Source of the DNA: a virus | Virus record (IMG/VR): IMGVR_UViG_3300031088_000759 | Strand: one strand, 5' to 3' | DNA length: 64,000 nt | In this document: positions 49,349 through 60,422 of the stretch, one piece after another | How the letters are laid out: each line of letters opens with the position of its first letter | Numbering within the stretch: position 1 is the stretch's first letter | Translations under genes and position numbers: made by a program | The notes under the pieces: generated by a model | The model's input: only the letters and a program-made list of their open reading frames with translations | Databases searched by the model: none | What the model was told of the DNA's origin: nothing

Positions 49349-49660
49349 TCAATGGTTTTTCTTAAAGTTTTTAGAAGCTTTCTTGGCTTTTTTGTGGAAA
49401 TCCTTAACAAGCTTATCCAAATCACCATTATTCAGATTCTTAATATACTTATTCTTCTTAGCATTCTTCAAATTATCGTTAGTAGCTTTAATAAGTTCAG
49501 TCTTATATTTCAACCCGAACACAGCCCCAACAATACCACCAGTCACCAAAGCGAGAAACAGAAACTTCTTTTTAGAAGGTTTTTTAACCCCTCCGCAGCC
49601 CCTGCACTCACAATCACACTTACTATCTACATATTTGTTATCATCATCTCTAGTATTCAT
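49349..49660 (-). CDS. small membrane protein with Cys cluster
   Basis: CDCECRGC, TM helix, basic tail. Confidence 0.65.
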   Translation of the reverse strand: MNTRDDDNKYVDSKCDCECRGCGGVKKPSKKKFLFLALVTGGIVGAVFGLKYKTELIKATNDNLKNAKKNKYIKNLNNGDLDKLVKDFHKKAKKASKNFKKNH

Positions 49661-49779
49661 AAAAATCAACTCCTTATAGAATTGTTGAATAATATCTGAA
49701 AAACACAAACGACAGCTGATGCAATAAGGAAGAGCGACAAGTTTTTGATTAACTTGTCGCTCTTCCTAGAATTAAATAA

Positions 49780-50475
49780 TCAATACATCTTCTCCATAGA
49801 AGAACAAGAATCAAAAGGAATATTAGTATCTGAAATGTTAAAATTTTTAGCATTTTTGTTAACTCTTATAAAGACATTACCTAAACCAATGCTTGTGTTC
49901 TTCGTCAAAAAATCAATGCCATTTTTTTCGCTAAGCGATTTCAAAGAACTTACAAAAAGCTCACCTTCCTTTGAAACATACTTCAAAGGAATTCTTAAAC
50001 ATTCAACATTCTTAACCTTCCAGCTCTTTAAAATCCCAAGTTCTTCTAAATCCGTATTTTTCACAAAAATATAGACAAACTTACCTTCATCTACCATATC
50101 ACTGCTATTAAATGGATTAACGTTTTTGAAGTGAGATTCAACAATGCAGAGCACTTTCGAATAAGAAATCTCCACACCATCAACAATCATAAAATTATCT
50201 AATAAAGAAACAATGCTGTGGCTCTTCTTAGAAACAACCATCTCTCTTCTGTTCGAATACAAAAAATATATTGACAAAGAAACATTGAACAAAATAGCCA
50301 ACGAAACTATTATCAAAGAAAAATAGAAACCAACAGTTGAGAAAGCCCCTAAAAGAACAAGTAAAGAATACAGAACCATAGTTAAAGCTGAAACCCAAAT
50401 CAGTCTATAGTAAGTTTGGTTGTCATAGCGGATATCTTTTTCCACTAAATCAAAATCCCAGAGAAAATCTTTCAT
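49780..50475 (-). CDS. membrane protein
   Basis: Two TM helices. Confidence 0.65.
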   Translation of the reverse strand: MKDFLWDFDLVEKDIRYDNQTYYRLIWVSALTMVLYSLLVLLGAFSTVGFYFSLIIVSLAILFNVSLSIYFLYSNRREMVVSKKSHSIVSLLDNFMIVDGVEISYSKVLCIVESHFKNVNPFNSSDMVDEGKFVYIFVKNTDLEELGILKSWKVKNVECLRIPLKYVSKEGELFVSSLKSLSEKNGIDFLTKNTSIGLGNVFIRVNKNAKNFNISDTNIPFDSCSSMEKMY

Positions 50476-50640
50476 GAAGATACTTCCATCTCCAAATCTT
50501 TTTTGTCAATTCTCAACACAATACAACCAACCCAAATAACAACATCTAAAAATTTATCAATCACAAAGCTAATCATTGACCCACTCTCCTTTACTCTTCA
50601 TCTACTTACAAAGTTTTAATCACTATTAATTCACAAAGTC

Positions 50641-50934
50641 TCAGTTATCAGTAAGTTCAGCACCACGTGCATCTTTGTGCCACTTATCACCTGGTTTACT
50701 GACTAAAATAAGAATACCTTCTACTAATCCCCAAACTGCTGAAACCCAAGACAAGGTACCAATTGACACAACCGTAATCAGAAGCTGAGCAATTGCTTTC
50801 CCTGTGAAACCAAGATAAAAGTTATGGATACCCAGAAAGCCTACAAGAATACCTAAAATACCAGCAGCCAATTTAGACTTAGCATTAGGCATATAATCAG
50901 ATTGTGGAATACTAGAAAAATTGTTCTGAGACAT
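50641..50934 (-). CDS. TM2 domain protein
   Basis: KSKLAAGILGI..GFLGIHNFYLG...WGLVEGILIL. Confidence 0.9.
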   Translation of the reverse strand: MSQNNFSSIPQSDYMPNAKSKLAAGILGILVGFLGIHNFYLGFTGKAIAQLLITVVSIGTLSWVSAVWGLVEGILILVSKPGDKWHKDARGAELTDN

Positions 50935-51104
50935 AAAAATCACTCCAAAGTATAGCAACATATTAAAACAGTATTACAATGAATATCTTAAACATATAGC
51001 CAAATGTTGCGAAATACTTAAAAATATTCAACAAAGCAACATTTGGCTATATAAAATGTCAAACAAGTTCAAAAACGCAAAGAAGTTAAATTATTTAATA
51101 TTCA

Positions 51105-51671
51105 TCAAACTTGCGATTCAAAAACTTCAATATTTCCATCACCATCAGTGATCTCAATATGAATTGAATCCTCATCATACGAAACAGTTCCTTCAACTAC
51201 TTCGTATGAAACTTTTCCAGCCTCTTCAATCGAATTACGCTCCGCAGTGAACTTAACTTCTTCGCCTTGTGCCAAAGTTCGATAAAAACCATCTCCTTGA
51301 CGCATTTCGGTAATCTTATCCAAATCCGCAGTATCCATGATAGTGTTCTTTAGCGAACCTTCATTAATTTCAGCACCTTTAACTGGGACACTAAAAAGAC
51401 CAGTATCAACAACTGAACTATCAACACTTGCCTGGGCCTCAACAGGATTGTCAAAAGTTTCAAATGTAGCCTTCTCACTCAAAGCCACATTGCTAGCAAA
51501 CGCTCCTACAACACCAAGCACACCTACAAGAACAGCGGAAGTTTTAAAAAGCTTTCCATGACGCTTAGAAATCACAGCAAGTAGAACAACCAGTCCGACT
51601 GCAATACCTAAAACAACAAAAGGAGCTAGAATAGCAAGTAACTCAACAACACCCGAACCAACAGTAATCAT
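51105..51671 (-). CDS. membrane protein
   Basis: Two TM helices plus a soluble domain. Confidence 0.65.
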   Translation of the reverse strand: MITVGSGVVELLAILAPFVVLGIAVGLVVLLAVISKRHGKLFKTSAVLVGVLGVVGAFASNVALSEKATFETFDNPVEAQASVDSSVVDTGLFSVPVKGAEINEGSLKNTIMDTADLDKITEMRQGDGFYRTLAQGEEVKFTAERNSIEEAGKVSYEVVEGTVSYDEDSIHIEITDGDGNIEVFESQV

Positions 51672-51804
51672 AATATTTTCCAATCTATTAAACAATATTT
51701 TATACAAGCTAATCACATTATTACATAATTCATTAAAAAAGTCAAACTATAATCACTCAAATTATGAAACTACTAGACTTTTAAACACGATTCCCTCAAT
51801 TTTG

Positions 51805-52389
51805 TCAAAACAAACGAGAGCGAACAACTAAGTTATTATTACTAAAAGATCTCTTAGCATCATAATCTGATTCAAAGACTCTTCTAAAAGAAATAGCATA
51901 CTTATAATCAGAAGCATCAGAAAACTGCGCTAAACCACTCTCAACAATAAACATACGGAGATTGAATTCACCATTCTCTTCAAAAGCCATTTTCAAAGCT
52001 GTAAAAATTCCCTCAGCCAGATTAACAACAAGTCCAAAAATTGTTAGCAAAGCAACATACAGCACAACAATGCTAAACAATGAATCAGGACTGAACAACA
52101 TGAGTGTAAGAATAGTCAAAGCATGAGAAACAACAGCAATTGCCAAATTAGCTCGATAACGCCAAGAAACATATTCATCTCTCACCTCACAAGGATTAAG
52201 AGACAGATCAGCAGGATAATAAACAGTTTCCCGAGAAATAATATTATACTTAGAAGGCATGTAAAAACCTGATTTATCAGAATTCATCACATAATAACGA
52301 TTAAACCAAAGAGGAATAGTGTCAAGAGTAACTGATTCAAATGTTTTCACTAATAACTTACTAATAAAATTCATGATATCCCCATTCAA
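51805..52389 (-). CDS. membrane protein
   Basis: Two TM helices. Confidence 0.6.
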   Translation of the reverse strand: MNGDIMNFISKLLVKTFESVTLDTIPLWFNRYYVMNSDKSGFYMPSKYNIISRETVYYPADLSLNPCEVRDEYVSWRYRANLAIAVVSHALTILTLMLFSPDSLFSIVVLYVALLTIFGLVVNLAEGIFTALKMAFEENGEFNLRMFIVESGLAQFSDASDYKYAISFRRVFESDYDAKRSFSNNNLVVRSRLF

Positions 52390-52465
52390 ATAAACAATAT
52401 ATATAAATGAGAATACCAGATACCTACTTGAAAGTCAATCCTTATTTCAACAAAATGTTGTCTAA

Positions 52466-52855
52466 TCAAGTATTGAGATTTTCTGGACTATTCACCAACA
52501 ATTTTTTAATACGAGTTGCTTCACCGTTGATGTACTCCTGTGCAAAATCCTTGTTCTCAGAAAATTGTAAATCAATGTCATCAGAACAATAGTAAGTAAT
52601 AACAGACACATCAGGATATCTACGAGACACTTCTTCAATCGGACCTTCATCAATAACACTTATCACATCGCTTTTTGAAGCAGCTTTCAAATCAAGATTA
52701 CTATCATCAATACGGTCCACTTCTAACCATAAAAGATCAGATTCATGCTCCCCCGGAGAGTTTAAGAGCTTAGCACGAATAGAGGAATATATTGAGAACA
52801 ATTCATCAATAACTTCTTCACCAGATTGAATAACCAAATTAATACGTGGCATCAT
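52466..52855 (-). CDS. hypothetical protein
   Basis: AAGGAG RBS. Confidence 0.65.
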   Translation of the reverse strand: MMPRINLVIQSGEEVIDELFSIYSSIRAKLLNSPGEHESDLLWLEVDRIDDSNLDLKAASKSDVISVIDEGPIEEVSRRYPDVSVITYYCSDDIDLQFSENKDFAQEYINGEATRIKKLLVNSPENLNT

Positions 52856-52923
52856 AACTCCTTGAAACCATAAAGAGAACTTAACAAAAATATCATTATG
52901 ATAAAGAGAGTCAGATTAAATAA

Positions 52924-53232
52924 TCAGTTAACCCAAAGCATTGACATAAGCTGAGGTATTAAAACAGTTTCACCAAGTATAACAATTAAACCTGCCAAAA
53001 GAGCAGAACCTATAATACACGCCAGCAGAAACCACAAAAATTGCTCAACATTGAAACTTTTTGGCGAAACAACAACCATTCCTGAACTCACAAGAACACT
53101 ACAAGCCAACAACGGAACAGAAAGTAGAAGCACTACCATTAACTCGCTAAACACAACAAACTGATAAATTGTAAAAATTTCATCTATGAACAATAACAGT
53201 GGCATAGCATCATACATCAGATAACCTTTCAA
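52924..53232 (-). CDS. small membrane protein
   Basis: Highly hydrophobic; start uncertain. Confidence 0.55.
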   Translation of the reverse strand: MKGYLMYDAMPLLLFIDEIFTIYQFVVFSELMVVLLLSVPLLACSVLVSSGMVVVSPKSFNVEQFLWFLLACIIGSALLAGLIVILGETVLIPQLMSMLWVN

Positions 53233-53366
53233 AGTACAATTGTCAATGCTTTATTGTAGCTTAATATGAACAATAGGTCAAGAGTACACATGAGTCAATT
53301 CTTTGATTTCGGAGTATACAACAACAATAATTCACCGATTTTCTATTGTTTAGCTATGGAGAAAAT

Positions 53367-53603
53367 TCAGTCTTCGTCAAACCATTCAAGAGGTTCTGAC
53401 ATTGATTTCATTATTTCCGGATCTGACAAGATATCAGAATGATCCTTCCATTGGTTCAACAATAACCCGAAATCGCTATAATCTCCAGATTTGTTGCTTG
53501 CTGATAATACTAATTCTAATTCTCTGTCTAATGTGATTCGATCTTCTACAGGCAATGATGACACCCATGGTAGCAATTCTTCAATATTTGAATAATTTCT
53601 CAT
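53367..53603 (-). CDS. small hypothetical protein (antitoxin-like tail ILSDPEIM)
   Basis: AAGGAG RBS. Confidence 0.6.
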   Translation of the reverse strand: MRNYSNIEELLPWVSSLPVEDRITLDRELELVLSASNKSGDYSDFGLLLNQWKDHSDILSDPEIMKSMSEPLEWFDED

Positions 53604-53888
53604 TATAAAACTCCTTCATTTTAAAGCTTTGATAATAGAACAGATTATACATTTTTAGAATCAAGAGCTATGGTATGCCAACCAATCGTTGTCTTCCTTG
53701 TCATTTTGTAGGAACAATAATCTTACTCTCTGCTTCATTCTCATCAATAAATGATTCTGTTGTTCTTTTCTTTCTCACAGAAACTCCTTGAATCTTTTAA
53801 TTATTCACTTACAGGTCAACTATACTATCAAAAGATAAAAATACCTCAAAGTCATTTTTAAACTTTGAGGTATTTTTATCTTTGCTGA

Positions 53889-54905
53889 TCAGAATGCCCA
53901 GTCATCATCTTCGGTTTCTTCATTATTTGCTATAATGTAGGTAGAGCCGGAACCGCTGAAAAAGTCGTGATTCTCGCCGCTTGTTGGACCCAAAGAAGAA
54001 AGAATTTGGGGACTAACCTGTGTTTCCTCAGCGCTGAATTTAGCTTCAAAACCAAGATTGTTCAGAGCCTTATTAGCGTTATATTTCAAAAACGCTTTAA
54101 CTTCTTCAGCTAAACCAATAGCATCGTAAATACTTTCAGTATAATCATCTTCATTAGCATAAAGAGCATCCATTAGTTCCATTGTAAAATCGTAGAGCTC
54201 TTTCTGTCGTTCGGGGGAAGCTTCTTTGTATGCTAATTGGAATTTATAAGAAATATAGTATCCGTGTATGCTCTCGTCTCTGATTATTAAGCGTATTATA
54301 TCAGCTGTATTTGTTAATTTTCCTTTACTTGACCACCATAAGGGCATGAAGAAGCCAGAATAGAACAAAAATGATTCAAGCATTGTTGAAGCAATCTTTC
54401 TTTTTTCAGGATCATCAGCACGATAGTAATGAAGAATGATAGCTTGCTTACGTTTTAAGTATTCATTGTCTTTTGCCCAACGAAAAGCCTCTTTAATTTC
54501 GGGGGAAGAAATCAACGTTGAGAAAATTGAAGAATAAGATTTAGCGTGCACTGATTCCATAAAAGCAATATTTGTATAAACAGCTTCTTCATGTTGAGTC
54601 CTTGCGTCAGGAATAAGACTAATAGCACCTACAGAGGATTGTACAGTATCCAGTAATGTCAATCCCATAAATACTTTAACTGTTGCTGTTTTTTCTTCTT
54701 CGGTCATAGTCCCCCATGAGGGGAGATCGTTTGATAACGCCACCTTCGTGTCCAGCCAAAAGTTTTGAGTAAGTTTCTCCCAGATTTCTTTATCCTTTGG
54801 ATCTTCAACTTCATTCCAATTGATAGGTTCGACAAGTTCCACATCATCAATGTTAAATTTATCTAAAACACCATAGTCAACTTCAGTGTGTAAATTTTCA
54901 GTCAT
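53889..54905 (-). CDS. nrdF: class Ib ribonucleotide reductase beta subunit
   Basis: PINWN, NFWL, GLTLLDT.Q, FMESVHAKSYS, LESFLFYSGF, IIRDESIHG, ENHDFFSGSGS. Confidence 0.95.
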   Translation of the reverse strand: MTENLHTEVDYGVLDKFNIDDVELVEPINWNEVEDPKDKEIWEKLTQNFWLDTKVALSNDLPSWGTMTEEEKTATVKVFMGLTLLDTVQSSVGAISLIPDARTQHEEAVYTNIAFMESVHAKSYSSIFSTLISSPEIKEAFRWAKDNEYLKRKQAIILHYYRADDPEKRKIASTMLESFLFYSGFFMPLWWSSKGKLTNTADIIRLIIRDESIHGYYISYKFQLAYKEASPERQKELYDFTMELMDALYANEDDYTESIYDAIGLAEEVKAFLKYNANKALNNLGFEAKFSAEETQVSPQILSSLGPTSGENHDFFSGSGSTYIIANNEETEDDDWAF

Positions 54906-54947
54906 ATTCTTTCATTCTCCTAATTGTTCTTGCTTCGTACGTATTTT

Positions 54948-57043
54948 TTAACAAAGGTTGTTAACCAATATCTTAACAAACTTTGTTTTACCACAGTCAT
55001 ATATTTTATATAGATTATTTAAGTGAGCTAATTTACTTTCTGTCATACCTTCTTCAAATTTCAATTCAGGGTCGTTTCGGAACCTTTTCAAGCGATAATT
55101 AAATTTATGAATACGAGAGTTTTTAACAACGTATGAATAATCAGGTCTTAACTCATACTCTTTGACAAAACCGTGATTTTCATAGAGTTTTCCATTGCTT
55201 ACACTGTGATCAGCGAATGTACTAATTTTTTTAATGTTATGATTAGATTTCTCAAAATAGTTTAAAAGTTTTGTAAATCCGCCTACTACTATATGGGAGG
55301 TGGCATATCTGACTAATTCGGCTTCTGTTTCATTTCTTTTTTTAAACACCATAACAGCAGTAAGTATATCAGTATTTTTTGTGAATAGTCCTGTTCTAAT
55401 GCTTCCGTCTGTTGTTCCTTGTATATGATTTTGTTCAAGAAAGTCATCTGCTTCTTTTTTGCTGATTTGTTTGATAACGGTTTTTCGTGCGTAAATTTTT
55501 TCTTGCTGTGAAAAACCTATTTTGTGTGAGAGCATCTGTTTAATAAGCTTTTTTTGGTCTCTCCAGTCATCTTCCCATATAGTTATTAACTGTATTCCTT
55601 TTTCTTGGCATTGTTTCCATTTATCATAGTGATAGTTTCTTTTTGTCCCCGTTTTTTCACTATGCCAATATAAACCGTTAAATTCTATAGCAATTTTCTT
55701 TTCTGGAATATAATGTCAAGTTCAGCTTTGCCTTTCAACAAATTTCTTGAATTAGGAATAATTTGTACATTATTATATGACAAGAATTCTGCTATTTCTT
55801 TTTCGGGTTTGGAGGTTTGTTGAGAAGCTGCACAATTAGGACAACCAGCACCATTGTTTCTCCAAGCTAACATAGATACCCATTCGTGCCCTTTTTCGCA
55901 TATCCACCACACTTTTTTGTTCGAACCTGCAATTACATCGTAAGGGTCAATAATATTTTTTTCAAAGTTCCATTCTTTAAACAAAGATGGATTTTGAGAT
56001 GGTAAATCATTAACTCCTTTAACAATTTGTTTATTAATACATACTAAACATTTTGAATTATTAGAAGTCATACTCCATACTGATTGAACCCATTCATGAC
56101 CACATTCATCATTTTTCCACCATACTTTTGTTTCAATTCCAGCTGTTAATGTGCCTATATCTATTCCATAGTTTTTTTCTTTATGAAAACGTTTTGCTAT
56201 TTCAGGATGAGTAAATTGAATGCTCTGACAAACTGGACAAGACATATCAAGAACTTTTGTCATTGTATCTATACTTTTATGCCATTCATGTCCGCATTTA
56301 TCAGTCCATATCACTTTTTCCTTCCCACTTGTTCCAATCTCAGTAGCACTTTTTCTGTTCTTAGATGACCATAGTTTTGCTAAGTCAGGTCGTTTTGTTG
56401 CTAGATCATTGAATCCTTGTAAAATTCTTTGTCCAGAGCAATAAGGACAGTTTTGATTATCTCTCACTCTTCCGCGTAACTCACTTTGCCAAGAATGCCC
56501 ACACTTTTTGCCTATCCACCATATTTTTTCTCCTGAACCATATCTGATTTGAAAAGGGTCAATAGAATTTTTTTCGTAATCCCATTCTTTCAATAATTCA
56601 GGAAAATTTTCGCCTAAACTCACACATTGAATACACTTGCCATAACCTCTATGTCGATAAACAATTGATGCAGTCCATGAATGATTACGGCTACATTTCC
56701 AGAAGACTTCTGTATTACTGTTGAATTTTGTATTTTCCGGAGCAATGTTGTTTTCACCGTTTTTACTGTAATCCCATTCATTTAATAATTCAGGGTGTTT
56801 AGTTGAAAAATCATTGAATCCTGTCAACAACTTTTTATTTGAGCAATATGGACAAATATTTTTTCGTAATGTTTTCGTATAATTCTGGACTCGCATGTTG
56901 AATGAATGTCCTAAATCGCATTTCCACCATACCATCTTACTAGAACCGATTGTCAAAGAACTAAAATTAACACCATCATTCTTCTCAAAGTCATAGTTTT
57001 CAGCTCTGTCATGGTTTGACAATAAATCCATAATATTCTCCAA
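54948..57043 (-). pseudogene. zinc-ribbon repeat + endonuclease gene with 1-nt frameshift near 55712
   Basis: Adding one T at GACATT^ATATTCCA restores ELDIYIPEKKIAIEFNGLYWHS...IWEDDW, continuing in frame into the 54948-55535 ORF. Confidence 0.8.
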
Positions 57044-57396
57044 CAGTTCTCAACATTCTCATATATCTTTATATTAACATTTTTTGTTGAATTTATTAGG
57101 AAATTTTACAAGAAATTACATTAAGTAACAGGTGGTTTAATAAGGACAGCAAAGAAATTTCACATTGGTGATGATGTAATTGTTCTTGAATTAGTTGAAG
57201 AATCAAAAGAGTGAGAATTATGGTTTAGCAGAAACTAAAAAATTTGATAATAGTTAAGAAATCATTATTATTACACTGCATTTCAATATGAGATCTAATA
57301 AGAAGCACACCTGAAATTTTGTATCATTCAGGTGTGCTTCTATAATTCAATATTTTTTTTATTATGAACGATTTAATTTTATAAATTCTTCATAAA

Positions 57397-58938
57397 TCAT
57401 TTTTTGTTGTTTTTGAGAGCGGAAGGAGTGCGTGAAAGGAACAACATAGCTGCTCCAAAGATACCAGCGATTCCTGCAGCTGCTGCGTAAAGGATTGAAT
57501 TGTTTTGGAACATTTCAGCTCCTGTGTCCACAGTACCAGGTCCGTTAATGTCGCTTTCTGCCCCTGTTCCTGTGTTAGTAGTAGAATCATCTCCTACAAC
57601 AGGGTTTCCGTTTTCGTCAACTCTATCAGTTCCATTGTCATTTGTTGGATCATCATCTGAAGCAGGAGCATCAGGTCCACCTACAACAGAAGGATCATCT
57701 GTTTCATCTTGGTCAACACCAGCATCAGGTTCTTCTCCACCATCTGAATCATTCCCGTTTCCGGCTTCAGCTTGCGCAAAGTTAACTGTTATAGTTCCCT
57801 GAGCAACTCCACCCTCATTATTCATAACAGTGTAAATTGCCTTTGCTGAGTCGCCTTGGAAACTTCCATAAGCTTCAAATACGAAACCATTTTCCCCATC
57901 AACACTCCATTCTCCAATTGATGGTTGTTGAAGGTCTTTACCATTGTTCAACACGATTTGTTCATCACCATCAGCAATAAAGCTTAATGAACCCTTGTCA
58001 ACATTACTAGGTAAATTGCCACCATCTGTGCCGAAACTTACAGTAACAGGCCCGCCCTTAGAAGCATTATCTACTGTAAGGTTAGGTGTTTCAAATTCTT
58101 CTGGATCTTCATCATCAATTGGAGCAGCAGGAGCTGGTGCTGCTGGAGCCATTAATGTACGAGCTACGCCGTTTCCAGAAGTAACTTCAACTTTTTCAAC
58201 TGTCTTTGACTCTGTTGACTCGACAGTCTCTTCTTTTTTCTCTTTTGACTCTGTCTTTTCAGCAACTACTTCGGATTCGTCTACTTCTTCAACTTTTTCT
58301 TCATCAGGATAGTCAAGAAGAATATTTCCTGTAACAGCAGATTCGTCAAGTTCATCAAGGTTCACAACAGTATCAGCATTTTTCGCATCAACTTTCTCAG
58401 TTTGAACAGTTTCACGGTCATTAAGTTCTACTACATTTTCTGATTCAACATCAGATTCAGTGTTTTCTACAATGCTGTATGAAATAGTAGGATCGCCTGT
58501 GAAGCCTTCTGCGGGCTTAAAGTCTAAGCTGAGAAGATTTCCTTCTGTGTCAGTCAAAAATACCCATACACCCTCTTTTTCGACTGTTACAGTAGTCTTC
58601 TGACCTTTAGCCTTGTCAGCATCATCAAATACTGTTTCTACTTTTACATTTTCTTTTGAAACAGTTTTGAGGTTTTGAGCAGTTTCATCTCCACCATTAT
58701 CTGAAGCTGAAGATTTTTCGGAACTGAGCACTATTTTGAAATTTCCTTCCAATCCAAGCTCAAGGAGTTGTTCTTGGTTTAAGAGAACATTTGTTCCTGC
58801 TTCTTCAACTTTTTCAACAACCTCTTTATGTGAAGCTTTTGTTGTAATGCTTTCAGCCATTGCAGGTGAAACTGCTAATGCCACAGCAGACAAGCCTACG
58901 ATACCGCTTGATAGGAGCATATTTTTCTTTCTTTTCAT
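57397..58938 (-). CDS. secreted surface protein with putative sortase signal (VDTG)
   Basis: Signal peptide (PAMA), Ig/CshA-like FKPAEGFTG..SY segments, acidic linker, VDTG + TM + KNNKK. Confidence 0.75.
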   Translation of the reverse strand: MKRKKNMLLSSGIVGLSAVALAVSPAMAESITTKASHKEVVEKVEEAGTNVLLNQEQLLELGLEGNFKIVLSSEKSSASDNGGDETAQNLKTVSKENVKVETVFDDADKAKGQKTTVTVEKEGVWVFLTDTEGNLLSLDFKPAEGFTGDPTISYSIVENTESDVESENVVELNDRETVQTEKVDAKNADTVVNLDELDESAVTGNILLDYPDEEKVEEVDESEVVAEKTESKEKKEETVESTESKTVEKVEVTSGNGVARTLMAPAAPAPAAPIDDEDPEEFETPNLTVDNASKGGPVTVSFGTDGGNLPSNVDKGSLSFIADGDEQIVLNNGKDLQQPSIGEWSVDGENGFVFEAYGSFQGDSAKAIYTVMNNEGGVAQGTITVNFAQAEAGNGNDSDGGEEPDAGVDQDETDDPSVVGGPDAPASDDDPTNDNGTDRVDENGNPVVGDDSTTNTGTGAESDINGPGTVDTGAEMFQNNSILYAAAAGIAGIFGAAMLFLSRTPSALKNNKK

Positions 58939-59178
58939 AAATACCTAATTCCTTATCCTTATTGACAAAAAGTTTTTATTGTTTTTTGCCTATTTATGGT
59001 TTTTTGGTCTGTTATGTATATCAGCAATTATAATTTCATTCTTCATCATCAACTATCTTTTTATGGTATGTATCACTAAACACGAAAATCTTCACAAAAT
59101 CTTCAAAAAACAACATAAAATAGCCTTGTTTTATCTCAGCAAATTCAAAAATTATATATTGATGAATAGCCAACAACC

Positions 59179-60306
59179 TCAAAGTTCTACTTCAGCACCC
59201 ATGGACTTCAAAGCAGCAATTCTCTCATGTGTAGGTGGATGTGTTCTTAAACCTTCTTTAACACTGAAAAACGCTAAGTGGTGAGCACTATCCGATAATT
59301 TACGCGCTTCTTTCTCTTTTTTCTTTTTATCAGCGTGCTTGCTGCTGTCATCTTTTTTGGAAAGTTTGCTCTTATAAGATTCATCAATTTTTAGTAAAGC
59401 TTCGGCTAATGCAGTAGGGTTTCTTGTCAATCTCACAGACATAGCATCAGCCTGAGATTCACGTTGTCTTGACATGAAAGCATTAGCAACCATAGAAAGG
59501 AAAGGGGCTACAATAAGAAAGATCACTGAAACAACAGTAATCACAACTGCGATTGGATTGTTATTGCTATTATTGTTGTTTCCTCCATAGAACATGTATC
59601 TAAATCCACCTGATAAGAAGCTCACAAAAGAAGTCATAGCTATAATTTTTGTCATTGCCTTAGAATCACCTGATACAAGATGACCTAACTCATGAGCAAT
59701 AACTGCTTGCAATTGTTCTCTATTCAATATGTTCTTCAATCCTTCTGTAATGATTACTAATGTTCCCTGCGGTGAGGAAAGAGCATAAGCATTTGTCTCA
59801 TCAGTTGGATCTATATACACAATAGGGTAATCTTTTTGAGGAATTCCAGCTGCTACACACATTTCTTCCACAAGGTTATAGATAGGTCCATCTTCAACCT
59901 TCTGCGCTTTTGGTGAGGCTGTGAGCATAATAGTTTTATAAGAGAAGTGAGACACCAAAAGCGTAACTACTATTCCTAAAACAATTGAAAGAGGAGTTGT
60001 TATGATGAAAAAATTTTTCATATTCGATTGAAAAAAGTCATTCAAAGCTACAATTGAAGCAGCTTGAAAAGTAAGAACTAAAATAATAAAGTTTATAACC
60101 CATGACACAGCAATACCAGTTCGAAGTTTAGACAGCTGTTCTCTGAAATCAATTTTTTCAACTTTTGCTAATGCCTTATTCAACTTCTCTTCTTTATCAG
60201 CATTTTCCTGACGAGCTTTGGAGAAGACATTTTGAATCTGAGCACTGTTATCCACAAACTGATCCTTAAACGAATCATTCATGTTTTTATTGCTCTCTAC
60301 TGACAT
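59179..60306 (-). CDS. htpX: HtpX-like M48 zinc metalloprotease
   Basis: NAYA, ITEGL, AVIAHELGH, SRQRESQAD, LAEAL.KI, THPP..ERI. Confidence 0.9.
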   Translation of the reverse strand: MSVESNKNMNDSFKDQFVDNSAQIQNVFSKARQENADKEEKLNKALAKVEKIDFREQLSKLRTGIAVSWVINFIILVLTFQAASIVALNDFFQSNMKNFFIITTPLSIVLGIVVTLLVSHFSYKTIMLTASPKAQKVEDGPIYNLVEEMCVAAGIPQKDYPIVYIDPTDETNAYALSSPQGTLVIITEGLKNILNREQLQAVIAHELGHLVSGDSKAMTKIIAMTSFVSFLSGGFRYMFYGGNNNNSNNNPIAVVITVVSVIFLIVAPFLSMVANAFMSRQRESQADAMSVRLTRNPTALAEALLKIDESYKSKLSKKDDSSKHADKKKKEKEARKLSDSAHHLAFFSVKEGLRTHPPTHERIAALKSMGAEVEL

Positions 60307-60422
60307 ACACTCACCTCTTCGTCAATTCCAGAAAACCTTCTGCTACCTGAGAGAATGTACTACAACAAAACTAAAATGCTGTAATAAATAATTATAGAAA
60401 CATTCTCTCAGGTTTAATAAAA

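Noticed and set aside
55685-55720. Programmed frameshift in the zinc-ribbon gene
   Set aside because: No slippery heptamer at the break; a single-base deletion or sequencing error is simpler.
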